Positions 31,769-43,862 of a DNA stretch of 50,994 bases are shown piece after piece. Both the position numbers and the translations under genes were made by a program. Source of the stretch: Trichomonas gallinae. Lineage: Eukaryota. Within the stretch, counting starts at the first letter, position 1. Each line of letters begins with the position of its first letter. The notes under the pieces are model-generated. The model saw only the letters and a list, made by a program, of their open reading frames with translations, ran no database searches and was not told where the DNA came from. The stretch covers positions 1 to 50,994 of the forward strand of contig MRSU01008998.1 in the NCBI GenBank assembly GCA_008369845.1, in the 5' to 3' direction.

Positions 31769-33833
31769 AATATTCATGTTTTTATGTTTTGAAAATTAGC
31801 AACTATTATATTTCATCGTTTGTTTACTAACTTATAACAATATGCTTTTTAATATAAATGTAACTCTGAAAAATGCAGCAGATAGGATTATTTGTATGAT
31901 TTTCTGGTAAATGTTGATATGTTCTAGAAGAAAAGAGAAACAGGCTCGCATATTTGGAATGTTCTTAGAAGATGTTTAGCTATAGAATAAGCATATCTGG
32001 AACAAATCAATCAAATATATCAAAAAAATAAATTTATAATCAAAATCAAAAAAAAAAAACATGGTGACAATGCTGCACATAGGAGAATAAATAAATTTGT
32101 ACACTAAAATTTGAGGATAATCTGATTTTTTTTATTTTGGTGAATAATTAACAAAAACTTTCGGAGTTAACCTTGAATCAAAGTAGATCTATGGATGCAT
32201 CATAAATGGGAACGCAGCCGTATGATTTTATTGATATTTTCCAAATTGAGAAATTGAATTTTTCAAAACAATCGGTTTTGTTTTAGTTGGTCATTTGATA
32301 AAAGAAGTAGAACTGAAGGATGACATTTAAAGACAATATTTCGATTCAAATAAAAGAAATTTCTAATTTTTTCGATAAATAAAAATTTTCTAGCTACAAT
32401 TGGCAAATAATGTATAGATTGGGGAATACAGCGGATTTGCAGAAAACGAATCAATTTTCCAATGACTCCATTCGAATTTTGACCAAATTTCCTCTCAAAA
32501 ATTAATTTTCAATGGAAAAATAATTCGAAATAATATAAAAATATATAATACAACATATAAGCGTTTTATCGAAAATATTTTTTCTATCTAATATTTTTTC
32601 AAAGTATAATGGGCATCTACAGTTTACATCCTATATGCTACTAAATTCTTAATCGATTTGCACGAAAACGACGAATACCTTCCTTTTCAATGGCGTTTTT
32701 TTGTGTATCTTAAATGATTTATCTCAAAATTATTATACAAATGCATAAACAAGGACTTAATGGATCTATAGCATTCGTCTAAAATCGTACGGTTAAATTT
32801 TTTTCTTAGAAATTTTTTCCCTTTTGAGAACCTAAAATAATTATTTTAATTTGTCCTCCTTCAATTTTAATCCAATTTCAGGCTTTTAACAAGAATCAGA
32901 AGCATAATCATGCACAATAACACATGAATATACCATATATACTACAAGAAAACATTAAATCTGTTTATTCAAAATACATATTTCAAAAAACTTTGTAATC
33001 ACTCAGAAATATGATCATTTATACCAAATACAATCAATTATTAGAACCAATGAATTGCATTTTCAGGACGAAAAAAATAATTAGAAAATATAATTCTAGT
33101 GTTGAAATATATTAATTTGGATCAATCATACTCATGTTTTCATAGTTAGTTAATCAGCAAAGCAAATAATTTAATTTTATTAAAAATTTTTAAAAGTTGC
33201 CGAATCAGATTGGATAATTGAACAAATTATAGATTGTTATGCTAGAAAATCATTATTAATCATAATTTCCATGTATTTTTAATCAATTATATTTTATACT
33301 GATCAATGCCAAAAATAATGAATTATTTGTTGATATATCGGATATAATATCAATAGAATGGTTATTATCGATTGGCATGTTCTTTTTGTTTGATTCCACT
33401 CATTTTTCCCGAGCTGTGAATCGAATTCATTTTTCTGAGTGGATTTTGATTCTCCGACATAACCAGATAAGATCTTAACGACACTAATACTTTTTCAGAT
33501 AATCCTATTCATTTTTGTTTTCTTCGATATAAATTCTAAAATTTTTGTTAAGATATTGATTTATTCGGTTTATAATTTGGAAAACCAATAGACAACACGA
33601 TAATGGTTATCTTATGCAGGGATGTGAGATAAAAGGAACTGTTTTTCTGAGATCTGTTTCCCAACATAAAAATCGTTTTAATTGGAAATCAAAGAGATAT
33701 GTATCCCCAGTAAAATTGTGTTATAAAAACTTATGAATTTGAATGACCATTTTTATTTCTTTCAATTTTATCCTCAGAAAAAAATGTCAGATAAAAATAT
33801 ACATATATATGTTTTTATTCACGAAAACATGTT

Positions 33834-34349
33834 TTATAATGTGATATTGCTATCTTCAAACAAATCCTTTGATAATCCATCGATTTCTTTGTCAAAAATG
33901 TCCATGATTGAGACGTCCGGGGAGCTATCCTCTCCCATACTCTCATTCCCAGACATATTTTTCATACACTTATTGAGTTTTCCTGTGGTAGGTAGTTCCA
34001 TCACATTGTCAAGTGTGGCGTTTCTTCTTAGTAGCTTTCTGTACTGTAGTTTGATAATAACATCCGTACGACCTGGAAATAGGGTCGAAATCTGTGTCCA
34101 TTTTTTACCAATATTATTAATTGACCAAAGAAGGAGGTAATTCTCGTAAGGAGTGAAAGGAGTTCGATCGATCTGATCGCTTAGATAGTAGAACCACCTG
34201 TCTTTGCACTGTCTTGTATTCTTGGTTTTCATTATTGAGGCAATAGTGTCCCAATTTATCTTCTTGCGCTCACTCATGAAGCCCTGTATAATTCCTCGAA
34301 GCTTATCATCTTCTTCCTTAGTGAATTTATTCCTCATCGATTTAGTCAT
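33834..34349 (-). CDS. R2R3 Myb DNA-binding protein
   Basis: KFTKEED..L / W..IA..M..KNTRQCKDRW / PFT.YEN.LL......GKKW.QI...FPGRTD. Inr TCATT (minus strand, 34365-34369) lies upstream. Confidence 0.9.
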   Translation of the reverse strand: MTKSMRNKFTKEEDDKLRGIIQGFMSERKKINWDTIASIMKTKNTRQCKDRWFYYLSDQIDRTPFTPYENYLLLWSINNIGKKWTQISTLFPGRTDVIIKLQYRKLLRRNATLDNVMELPTTGKLNKCMKNMSGNESMGEDSSPDVSIMDIFDKEIDGLSKDLFEDSNITL

Positions 34350-35263
34350 CTATTATTTTAGAAAAATGAAATTTTATCAAATTTAACAAAGTTGTCAATT
34401 TTTGAATGCCGGCAATTTTGATAGATACTATCAGATTATGATATCCATCAAGATATCAATGATTTGACAAAAAATTAGCAAAAAGTCTTTTCAATGATTC
34501 AGAGAAAACGATAAGATTCTTCATCGAGAGGAATCTTCATATATTTGTCATTTATATCATAACCTGCATTGTCAAATATTTTTGACACTAAAATATTTTA
34601 TCGAAAATTCACATAGCATACTTATATCTGTTATAGAATATATATTAAGCAATTTGATGTTAACTCGATAGTATTGAGAGAATTATTTTTTCAGAACCGC
34701 ATATCAGAAATGAATAAAACACAATTTTATATAAATATGCTCTATACATTATATGTATTATTATTCTATTTTTAACTTTAACTATTCAAAAATCTACTAT
34801 TGTTAACTATAGATGTACTACAAAAGTTTAGAACTATTTCCACTTTTTAATTTTGTTAAAATTCTGAAAACAAATCACTTTTTGTATAGTCCATTTCAAA
34901 AATTCACAGTCGAATAATGCTCTGTTGACTATATGCGACAATATTTCAAGACAAAAACAATTTTTGATAAACCTTTCGGTATTGAAAAGTTATAACATTA
35001 ATTTTTGCTCTATTGAATTGTAGTATCAAATTTGTACTCCTATCTTTGGATATTATACTCTATACAGCTTTTTAAAAGTTTTTTGTCCTTAGAAATATAA
35101 ACTTATCTACGCAGATTTCTAATATTTTTGAAAACCTTTTTTCTTTCAACTACCGTTATATTGTCATTCACTTTTAAGATTTAGAAACACATATACACAG
35201 CTAAAATATACCATTTTGCAAACATAAATCAATATTTAATAAAATCTTTGTGATTAAAATATT

Positions 35264-35740
35264 TCAATGAAATAGTTCATCATCCTCTAGATCAGCAAAT
35301 GTGATATTTTTACTATTAGAATCATCACCTGTCTCATTTGTTTCATCTTCCTTCTTTTTTGGATGCTTATAATACTTTGCATTAGAAATCTGATAGACAT
35401 TTTCAAGTGTTGCATCTCTTCTCATCAATTTTTTATATTGTGTCTTTATAGACACATCTGTTCTATTTGGAAAAAGTTGCGAAATCTGAGTCCATTTCTT
35501 GCCACTCCGACTGATTGACAAATGCAGTAAATAATTCTCATCAGATGTGAAAGGTGATCTAATTACACTATCACCAAGATAATAACACCATCGATCCTTG
35601 TATTATCGTGCATTTTTTGTTTCCATCAAATTTGCTATTGATTCCCAGTCCAATTGTTCGTTTAACGTCTGGAAATCATTGATAATGTTTCTAATATTTG
35701 CATCTTCATCGTGTGTGAACATCTGTCTTGATGATTTCAT
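35264..35740 (-). pseudogene. R2R3 Myb paralogue with in-frame nonsense codon
   Basis: ATG 35740 reads MKSSRQMFTHDED...W.SIANLMETKNAR*YKDRW. TAA at 35605-35603 replaces the Gln of NARQCKDRW, and the frame continues to the stop at 35264 (159 codons). Confidence 0.85.
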
Positions 35741-37690
35741 ATAATATTCATTCATATTGATTGAAATTTAAATTAAAACGATTTCGTATGTGATAAATCT
35801 TTTAGTTTCCTTGTATAGGAGGGAATTATCATGTTTCAGGCCCATATTCATAAAAGACTTTGAAAATAAATTTGAAAGATTGAAAGTAATAGGTACTCTC
35901 AAACAGGATATAATTAGCAGATATACATGACCTGTAATCGATGCATTTTTAACCAATGAAGATTTGAATACTTTAGTTATCGTTTTCAGGCCTATAATTA
36001 CTGTAAATCGCTAATTTATAATGACAATAACACAATTTTAAGCTCAAACATATATCACAGCTGTAATATCAAAAATAATAATCCTTTTATAACAACAATG
36101 ATAAAGAATATAGCATTAACATAATGTCCACATATATATGTGGCGCATATAAAGTGTCTTTTACGTATTGATTTTGTATATATCATAGGCGTAATAATTT
36201 GTTGAGAGTCTTTTTTATAGTTTCGACATAACACCTATTCAACATTGATAATCATTTGCCTCTAATATCAATTATATTAACTGTAAATAATTGTTTTTAC
36301 TTTTTTTGTGAATAAAATATCTGATTTTTGTTGTAGAATTGAAAAATCGCTGAAACATTATTGTCATGGATATCAATGATGACCCTAAATGAGATGATTC
36401 CTTCATTCAATTGTAATAACTGAAAAATTGGAGAAATTATTTGAGTTCAAATTGTGAATTTTTGGTCATAATTGTTACAATGTATGCTAATTAACATGAA
36501 TCTGGGAGGAACATCAATATATTCTGCTGACAATAGATAAATGTGTTCGATTTTGTTTACTTTACGAAAATAACAAATTAAATTGATGAATTGGTTTATA
36601 TTCATTGTCATTTCTGGAGGAACAATACTAAAAATATTCAAAAATGTCGATTATTTTAGCAAATGCAATTTAATCGATTAATAGTGAAATAGACAATCAT
36701 GTATGTGGCAATGTATCAAATTTCAATTACATTTGGTTAATTATTGTGGAAATATTATTTTTGTTTATAAATGTCTTTAATTGATGAATTTGACTGCAGT
36801 ATATAATAGTATAATACTTACTTATTCTATTTTCGAGTGGCATTTTGTCGTATTTTAACCTAGCAATTAATTTGTTGAATAATTTTTGTTCAAAATTTGA
36901 TAATGATTAATAATTTCTTGAAATTTGCGCTTTTAGGGCATCCTAACAGCTATTTTAAGCCGTAAATAAATGAAATAGACCTTTTTAATATTCATAGAAA
37001 CAATTTTCTCCGCTAAATTTTTATTCAATGAGTTTTCTCAAAATTTGGAATTTTCCAAACTCATAAATTAGCTTTGACATATGATAATAAATCAATAAGC
37101 TTGCGAAATTTTTTGTAGATTGAATTGATCTCTCATATTTTTTCTGATATTGCCTTCAAAAGTATTATAATTCTATCAAAACTGCGAAATGTTTTTATTC
37201 CTATTTAATAGCATATATTAAGCATAGTCATCCAAAAAATTATTTTGATAGCTCATTTGGTCGTTGGTTAAACGAATAAACTGCAAATCGAAAACTTTGA
37301 ATGCAAAACTCGAATTGTATTGTATTTATAGCTGTGTCTTATCAATATTATTAAATATTTTAAAAATTCGTTCTGAAATTAACCAAAATTATCGGGAAGC
37401 CAACTAATCTGGGCGTGATTTTACCTTCCAATAGAGTTGCTATAGCCGATTAACAATGTTATGCACCAATTAGAAGATATTCAATATTTTGAAGAAATTA
37501 ACCAATTTTTTGCTCGAATATGAATATTTTGCTAATAATAGCTAGATATATCAGTTCAGCAGGACAAATATTAATTTTTGCTTTCATATTTTGTGAAATG
37601 ACCAAGTAAACAAATAAGCTTTAAATATCAAGTTATTTAGGATAGGATGCCCATTCAATGGGAATTAATAGATAACAAGGTTATAATATA

Positions 37691-38173
37691 CTACAAATCA
37701 AAATCAAATTCGAATGATGCAAACATATCATCATTAGGAGCAAACTCTTCGTCAGTAGAAGCCTGCTGGGATCCCTCTTTTGGAGGTTTATAATGCTTCG
37801 CATTTGAAATCTCAAATACGTTCTCTAATGTGGCATTACGCCTCAAAAGCTTTTTGTATTGAGACTTAATTAGTATATCTGTGCGTTTGGGAAACAGAGA
37901 AGATATCTGTGTCCATTTTTTACCGACTTGTGCAATTGACCACAAAAGCATGTAATTTTCTTGCGGAGTGAATGGAGATCTGTCTATATTGTCATCAAGA
38001 TAGTAAATCCATCTGTCTTTACATTGTCTTGCGTTTTTTGTGATCATCAAATTTGAAATGTCTTCCCATATGATATGCTTGTTATTCTTCAAGTACTCCT
38101 TGACTATATTCTTCAGTCGAGTGTCTTCCTCTTTGGTGAACATCTGCCGTGAGCAATTTCGCTTAACAGACAT
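37691..38173 (-). CDS. R2R3 Myb DNA-binding protein
   Basis: MFTKEED.RL / WEDIS.LM.TKNARQCKDRW / PFTPQEN.ML......GKKWTQIS.LFP.RTD. Close paralogue of 33834-34349. Confidence 0.9.
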   Translation of the reverse strand: MSVKRNCSRQMFTKEEDTRLKNIVKEYLKNNKHIIWEDISNLMITKNARQCKDRWIYYLDDNIDRSPFTPQENYMLLWSIAQVGKKWTQISSLFPKRTDILIKSQYKKLLRRNATLENVFEISNAKHYKPPKEGSQQASTDEEFAPNDDMFASFEFDFDL

Positions 38174-39867
38174 TTTTTGATTTAAATCAATTTGAGGGGA
38201 ATTTAAACAATGACCAAACTGCTCTGAAATGATTTTCTTTGAATATAAATCATTTCACAACATCCACCACGACCTACTCTACATAGATTTATCATTGAAG
38301 TTGTTTTGATTTCGGTTTTTTCATTGAAAACAAAAAATTTTCAATGTAATGCTTTTTCCTCAACTAAAAACAGTATATTCGTGCTAAATATCCAAAAATA
38401 ATGTAATTCATCCAAATCATTTTGATTTATCGGTTAAATTTTGATGTCAAATCGACCAAACTTGCAGAAATAATCTATTCAAAAGGTTGATAGCCATCAC
38501 AGTCCCATTAACATGAATATGATAATATAAATGACAGACAAGAATACTATCAAAAGCTTTACTGAAATTAAAATTGGATTTCAAAGGATTGATTCCCGTG
38601 AATTTTTGAATAAACTAAGGTTGATTCTTATTATAAAAGGAAATCTCGGTTACCTGTAGAAATATCTAACAATTTTTAGCATTTGACTATTATAGCATTC
38701 TTAGCATAAAAAACTTCATACAATGAATAAAAAATCGTATTATATTATGATGTCATAGGATTTCAGATTTGAAACATCAATTTAATGAACAACTTAAATA
38801 TCCATCTTTAAGCATGAATATTATACTGATCTATCACGATTACATAATTGTATGGAAATATTGTATGACTAGTATTGAATCTATCTGGTCGAAATCCTTA
38901 AGTGTATCAATTTTTGTGTGCAATTTAGAGGTTGCCCATCGATTCAAATGACTTATTATATGCTGATCCTTTAATTATCTGTGATAGTATATGTTTATAT
39001 ATATACATGCAAAATATCAAAAAATCGTGAAAATTTATTAATCGAAAAGCAAAATTATATGGATTTCATGATTCAAAGAGTCATGGGATATCAGAAAACC
39101 TCCAAAGTTATCAAAGATGATAAGCGTTTATAATTTATTCGCAAATAATGTTATTTACAAAATTTTGAATCATTACAAAAATCAAGAATATGGCGACTTA
39201 TAAAATATCATAAAACGCAGATGGAGACATAAGCCGGAGTTCCCAAGACATATGATACAAAAATAAACATATTTGATTGAATCATATCATTGATGCTTTT
39301 CCGTGCAACCACATTCGATATACTAAAAGATTAGAACTAAAAGTATCTTGTCCCAAGTTTTTACATACTTTTCCTTCATAAATTTTTGATAAATTTTATA
39401 TAATTTTTCAATTTCATCGAGAATAGAGAATATTTGTATCATTAGGATATGCCTTATTACATAAGATTACATTATCCTTTATTCATGTACCTAATAATGC
39501 ATGTTTTATGCGATTTTAAAAAGATAATAAAATTAGAAAAATTTATGACATGTAAACAATAACTGTTAAAATTTTTCTTGCTCTGAAATCCCATCGAGAA
39601 AAGATACTATATAATGCCAAGTCAGCGAATTCATCACAAAAAGGTCAGTTCGCGCATCCTTATGATCAATTATTCATATACTTAAAAATGCATTGATTGT
39701 GCCATTTATAGAAAGACAATGTATTTATAAAAATTTTGACATGTAAACAGCAATTGTCAAAATTTATACAAAGTTATTTTTGAATTGAGTCCAAAAAAAA
39801 CTGAATTCGCAGAGTGTATTAGCCTACGGGAAGGCATTAACAAAATTTTGTCAAAATCGAATAAAAA

Positions 39868-41658
39868 ATGAAGTTGAGCACAATTATTCAGAAAAAGCCA
39901 CCAAGCTTAATTCTCCGTGCTACCGCTCAACTCATTGAGGTCATTGATACGGTGGAGAAGAACCATCAGATAGTAACAGACTTATTCTTATCGAATAATT
40001 TAATTAAGGATTTGAATAAAGTACCGCAGTTCTATAATCTCACTCGATTGATGATAGAATTCAACCAAATATCACGTACTTATCATTTAAAGCCGCTTAA
40101 AAAACTTTCTCGTTTGAATGAAATTAAATTAGTAGGAAATCCTATATGTAACTATCCACTTTATGAATCGTACTTGATTCTATGGTGTAAAAGATTAACA
40201 TCTCTAAATGGTAAGCCCGTAAATAGAGAAATAGAAAAAGAAGCAAACTTTGATATAGAAATTTCGACAAATGTTTTCTATTCCACGCTCATACTCCAGA
40301 TAATAAGGCTTAAAAACATGAAAATCGACCAAGATAAAATTATTGAAAAAATTGTTCAATTTTTAAACCAAAGCAAATACGAATCTTTCAGAGACCAGTT
40401 CGAATCGAAATGTCCTAAAGATATCGGCCAATACTTTCAATATCTCAAAAACATTGTTAATCAAGTACAAAAACAAATTTCGACTGCAATTTCAAACCAA
40501 CAAAATGAGGACTTTGCAATCGATCATGTTGACAATATACATCTGTTTGAGGACGCAAGTGACATGGAATCTTTGTTAGATATCTCTCAGAAACAGATTG
40601 TTATTGATTTGAATTTAATTGGAATACAAAGCAACAAACAATACACGAATTCGCTATTAAAGGCTGCAAAAGGAAGAAAAATAGCTACAAAGTTAATTAC
40701 AGACTTCATGAGAATTGCGAAACAATATCAAAGAATCAGCCACTTCAAGAAACGCACTAAAACAATTGTCAGATCAACAAGGAAACTGTTTCAGAGGAGA
40801 ACAAGCAAAAATGATTTCAATTTCAAGTTGATGAAACATAATATCAGAATGCAGAAGCATTTGGACCCAATTATCCGTAGGAAACTCGAAAAAGATCTCA
40901 ATAAGAAGATTATGCACGCTATTAAAACTCGCAAAGTCAAAGTAAAATTTAATCCAAAAAGTTTACTCTCAAGAGCAATAAAATCCAAGAAAATACCAAA
41001 CGACATCAAGATTCAAAGGCTTAGAAAGAGGCTTCAAATCATAGAAGAATACAAAAACTGCGAAAGACTTGGCTTATCTTTCGAACATCAGCTCAAACAA
41101 GAGATTCTTTCTCAAAAACGCCCATCAGAATCACTTCCTAATCAGGATCTATATAATGACCTCCTTGACCTTGGAGCTCCACGCAGAAGAACAGATCTCA
41201 AAACAGCCGTTAAGAAAAAGAGAAGATCTCAATCAATCATTCAAGAAAAGTCAGCATTTGAACTCAATACGGACAGTGAGCAGATAGAACAGCTTGCTTC
41301 TGATGTTTTGAAAGAATTCACACAATTTACTCAAAAACTCGATGAAGTAAGCGCAGTTCAGCCAACTATGCAGCAACTACTAGAGAATCCAGCACCAAGA
41401 AGGTCAGAAAGAGCAAAAAGTTTTATTTCTCCAAAACATAACTCAATGGAAGCGAAACTAAGGTGCCCACTGCCACCAGTGCCAAGCATAAATGTTCAAG
41501 ATACTTCTCGTAACCCAGTTGATCAAGCAATGACTCCTTCTCCAATTAATTCAGATAAATTCGTTAACGACTTCTTGAACTCGAAGCCAGAGGGTTCAAG
41601 ACGCAAAAAGCGCAACTCAGGCATATATTTACGCGTTGAAACATCATCATTACTCTAA
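39868..41658 (+). CDS. SDS22-like leucine-rich-repeat protein with LRRcap and basic/coiled C-terminal region
   Basis: LFLSNNLI, LMIEFNQI, IKLVGNPIC..P.Y...L......L.SLNG (LRRcap), followed by a Lys/Arg-rich region. Confidence 0.75.
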   Translation: MKLSTIIQKKPPSLILRATAQLIEVIDTVEKNHQIVTDLFLSNNLIKDLNKVPQFYNLTRLMIEFNQISRTYHLKPLKKLSRLNEIKLVGNPICNYPLYESYLILWCKRLTSLNGKPVNREIEKEANFDIEISTNVFYSTLILQIIRLKNMKIDQDKIIEKIVQFLNQSKYESFRDQFESKCPKDIGQYFQYLKNIVNQVQKQISTAISNQQNEDFAIDHVDNIHLFEDASDMESLLDISQKQIVIDLNLIGIQSNKQYTNSLLKAAKGRKIATKLITDFMRIAKQYQRISHFKKRTKTIVRSTRKLFQRRTSKNDFNFKLMKHNIRMQKHLDPIIRRKLEKDLNKKIMHAIKTRKVKVKFNPKSLLSRAIKSKKIPNDIKIQRLRKRLQIIEEYKNCERLGLSFEHQLKQEILSQKRPSESLPNQDLYNDLLDLGAPRRRTDLKTAVKKKRRSQSIIQEKSAFELNTDSEQIEQLASDVLKEFTQFTQKLDEVSAVQPTMQQLLENPAPRRSERAKSFISPKHNSMEAKLRCPLPPVPSINVQDTSRNPVDQAMTPSPINSDKFVNDFLNSKPEGSRRKKRNSGIYLRVETSSLL

Positions 41659-42612
41659 TTATTTTTTGTTTATAAAATATTATTTGTATTTACTGATTAT
41701 ATTTATTCTATTTATACACATTTTCCTAAAATATAGATAAATATTTGTCCAAATTCTTAAAACACTTATAATTTTCTTCAAAATTTTATTCAAGAGTGAA
41801 TTATTAACAAATATCGTGCTAATGCACGCAAGCATATGACTGTATTATGTTAGATACGTATGTATTCTATGATTATAAAAATTTATGGAATTATTGACTT
41901 AAAATGTGACAATAAAACCATGAAATAACGAAACTATAAACATTTTAACACCTATTTTCATGGTTTTTAATGTTATCATAGCTGGCGTCAAAAAGGATCT
42001 TTTATTTTTAAGCCGAAATCAACAAAAAATACAACAAAGATAATAATATCATTATAAATATATTGTCTGCATGATTTGTCAAATTAATATCTTTGTCAAA
42101 TTTCGGTAGGAAATTGGTTTCATCTATTTATATTATGCATTTATAAGCATTTGTTATTTATTTTAGTGTTATAAAATTTCAATGGAATAAAATCCCAAAA
42201 CAATTCAATGTTTTGAGTTTTTTTAACGTGAATTTTACACGTATAAAACGTCAATATTACTGTAAATAAATTATTAATAGCAATGGAGTAATCGAAAAAA
42301 TTTCAGAAGTGTTTAAAAACATTTACACTCATTCATATAATCATACAGAAATCATTTGTTTTATTGTTAGTTGCTGTTTTGCTAAATCGAAGTAAAAAAA
42401 AAAATTCAATATTGTTTACAATCTCGCGCATTCAAAAAAAAATCTATGATTCTTTTGAAAAAACTTTTGTCAACCATTCAGTTATATAATATATATATAT
42501 ATATTGTACTTATTGTTCTCAAAAGTGAAAATTTATAATTTTAAAGTATATGAATATCATGTATTTTTATTATGTTTCAATTTTCAATGGTATTCAAAGA
42601 CAAAAATTAAAA

Positions 42613-43522
42613 ATGATCGATGAAGTTCAGCCTCTGCTGAAGATGAAAGGCTATGATGTTGTCAGCTACCTGAATAAGGGAGGCTTTGGCAGTTGTTTCG
42701 TCGTTCACAGTTTAAAGTATGACGTTGATTTCGTCTGCAAAGTGACAATAGATTTAAAACTTGATGATAAAAATGGTACTGCATTCACACGAGATGTTAA
42801 TGCATTGGCACATCTAAATCATCCCAATGTTGTGCGCGTTTATGATCATTTCACAATCGATAAATATCTTTTTTTAATTCTCGAGTATTGCAAGACCGGC
42901 TCAACAACATGATTATATATAATGAAGGATTACCGATAAACACTGTTATAAAGTACACAAAGCAGATTTTAGACGCTTTATATATGCACTCGAGAGGAAT
43001 TGCTCATAGTGACATTAAACCAGCAAATATTCTTATAGACTCATTCGCAAGGGTAAAACTTTGTGATTTTGGCCTTTCTCAAAATACATGCGAAAATGAA
43101 AAGAATTCGATGAACTTCTGCGGTTCAACGCATTACATGGCCCCAGAAATTCTCATGAACACGAAATATGACCCGATGAAGGCCGATGTCTGGTCTTTTG
43201 GAATTTCATTATATTATTTCTCACCGGAAGGCTGCCTTTTTGTGGACTCAGGACAAGCTTCCTTATCGAGTCTATGAAGGTTGGCCACGAAAAAATGTCG
43301 AACGTTCCTAAAATGTTCAATAAAATTGTTGACATGTGTTTGAGATTCGATCCACAGACTCGTCCTTCAATGTTTCAAATCAGGAAAGTTTTTGATGAGA
43401 ATTTTGACTGTTTACATCCTGAAAAAATCAATCTTGATAATTCAATATTAAGAAGATCTGCTCATACGTCAATAATTAAGATGAAAAGGATCAAATTAGT
43501 AGTAGAAGCTACTGTTTGTTAG
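42613..43522 (+). pseudogene. CAMK-family protein kinase, frameshifted
   Basis: Kinase motifs are split over three frames: KGGFG/FVCK/LEYC, then HSDIKPAN/DFG/CGSTHYMAPE/DVWSFG, then TGRLPF...DP..RPS. Frameshifts lie near 42900 and 43220. Confidence 0.85.
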
Positions 43523-43862
43523 TTTTTTTTATTATCATTTGTAAATATTCATGTTTTGGTTTTTAGTAATTGAAATTATTAACTATAGATATGATATTAG
43601 TATACACGAGCACTAAATGAATCAATTCTAATCGTCTTTTGCTGCATTCAGCGCTATTAGATAAATGCGATTAGACAATCAAAGCTTCGGCTCATCAATA
43701 ACTTATATACTATTAGAAGTTATGATCATTTATAGTCTTGCTTAATATGTTTTCATTTTCCTTATATTATATCTAGTAATTCCACTATTTATTTTGGTCA
43801 GCCCCTAAATAAAATTTTTGACAATCTCATCAAATTAAGATCGGAGTTTCAATCACTGTTAA

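Noticed and set aside
31919..32002. Degenerate duplication (TGTTCT(T)AGAAGA ... GCATAT(T/C)TGGAA) with heat-shock-element-like TTCnnGAA
   Set aside because: It lies 3' of convergent genes, not in a promoter position, and the similarity is short.
35603..35605. TAA at a conserved Gln suggesting TAA=Gln recoding as in hexamitid diplomonads
   Set aside because: TAA and TAG terminate most genes in the window, and the 4000-aa dynein has no internal TAR codons.
36447..36641. Short ORF with two VPP motifs (TCTGG(G)AGGAACA repeated), possible decayed LRR/BspA gene
   Set aside because: Too short and degenerate to support a family call.
29103..38951. Short AT-rich intergenic ORFs (29103, 29397, 32263, 35768, 38769)
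   Set aside because: 60-66 aa, mostly TTG starts, with I/F/K/N-biased composition expected of non-coding DNA.
42483..42503. (TA)n microsatellite
   Set aside because: Short and ordinary for this base composition.
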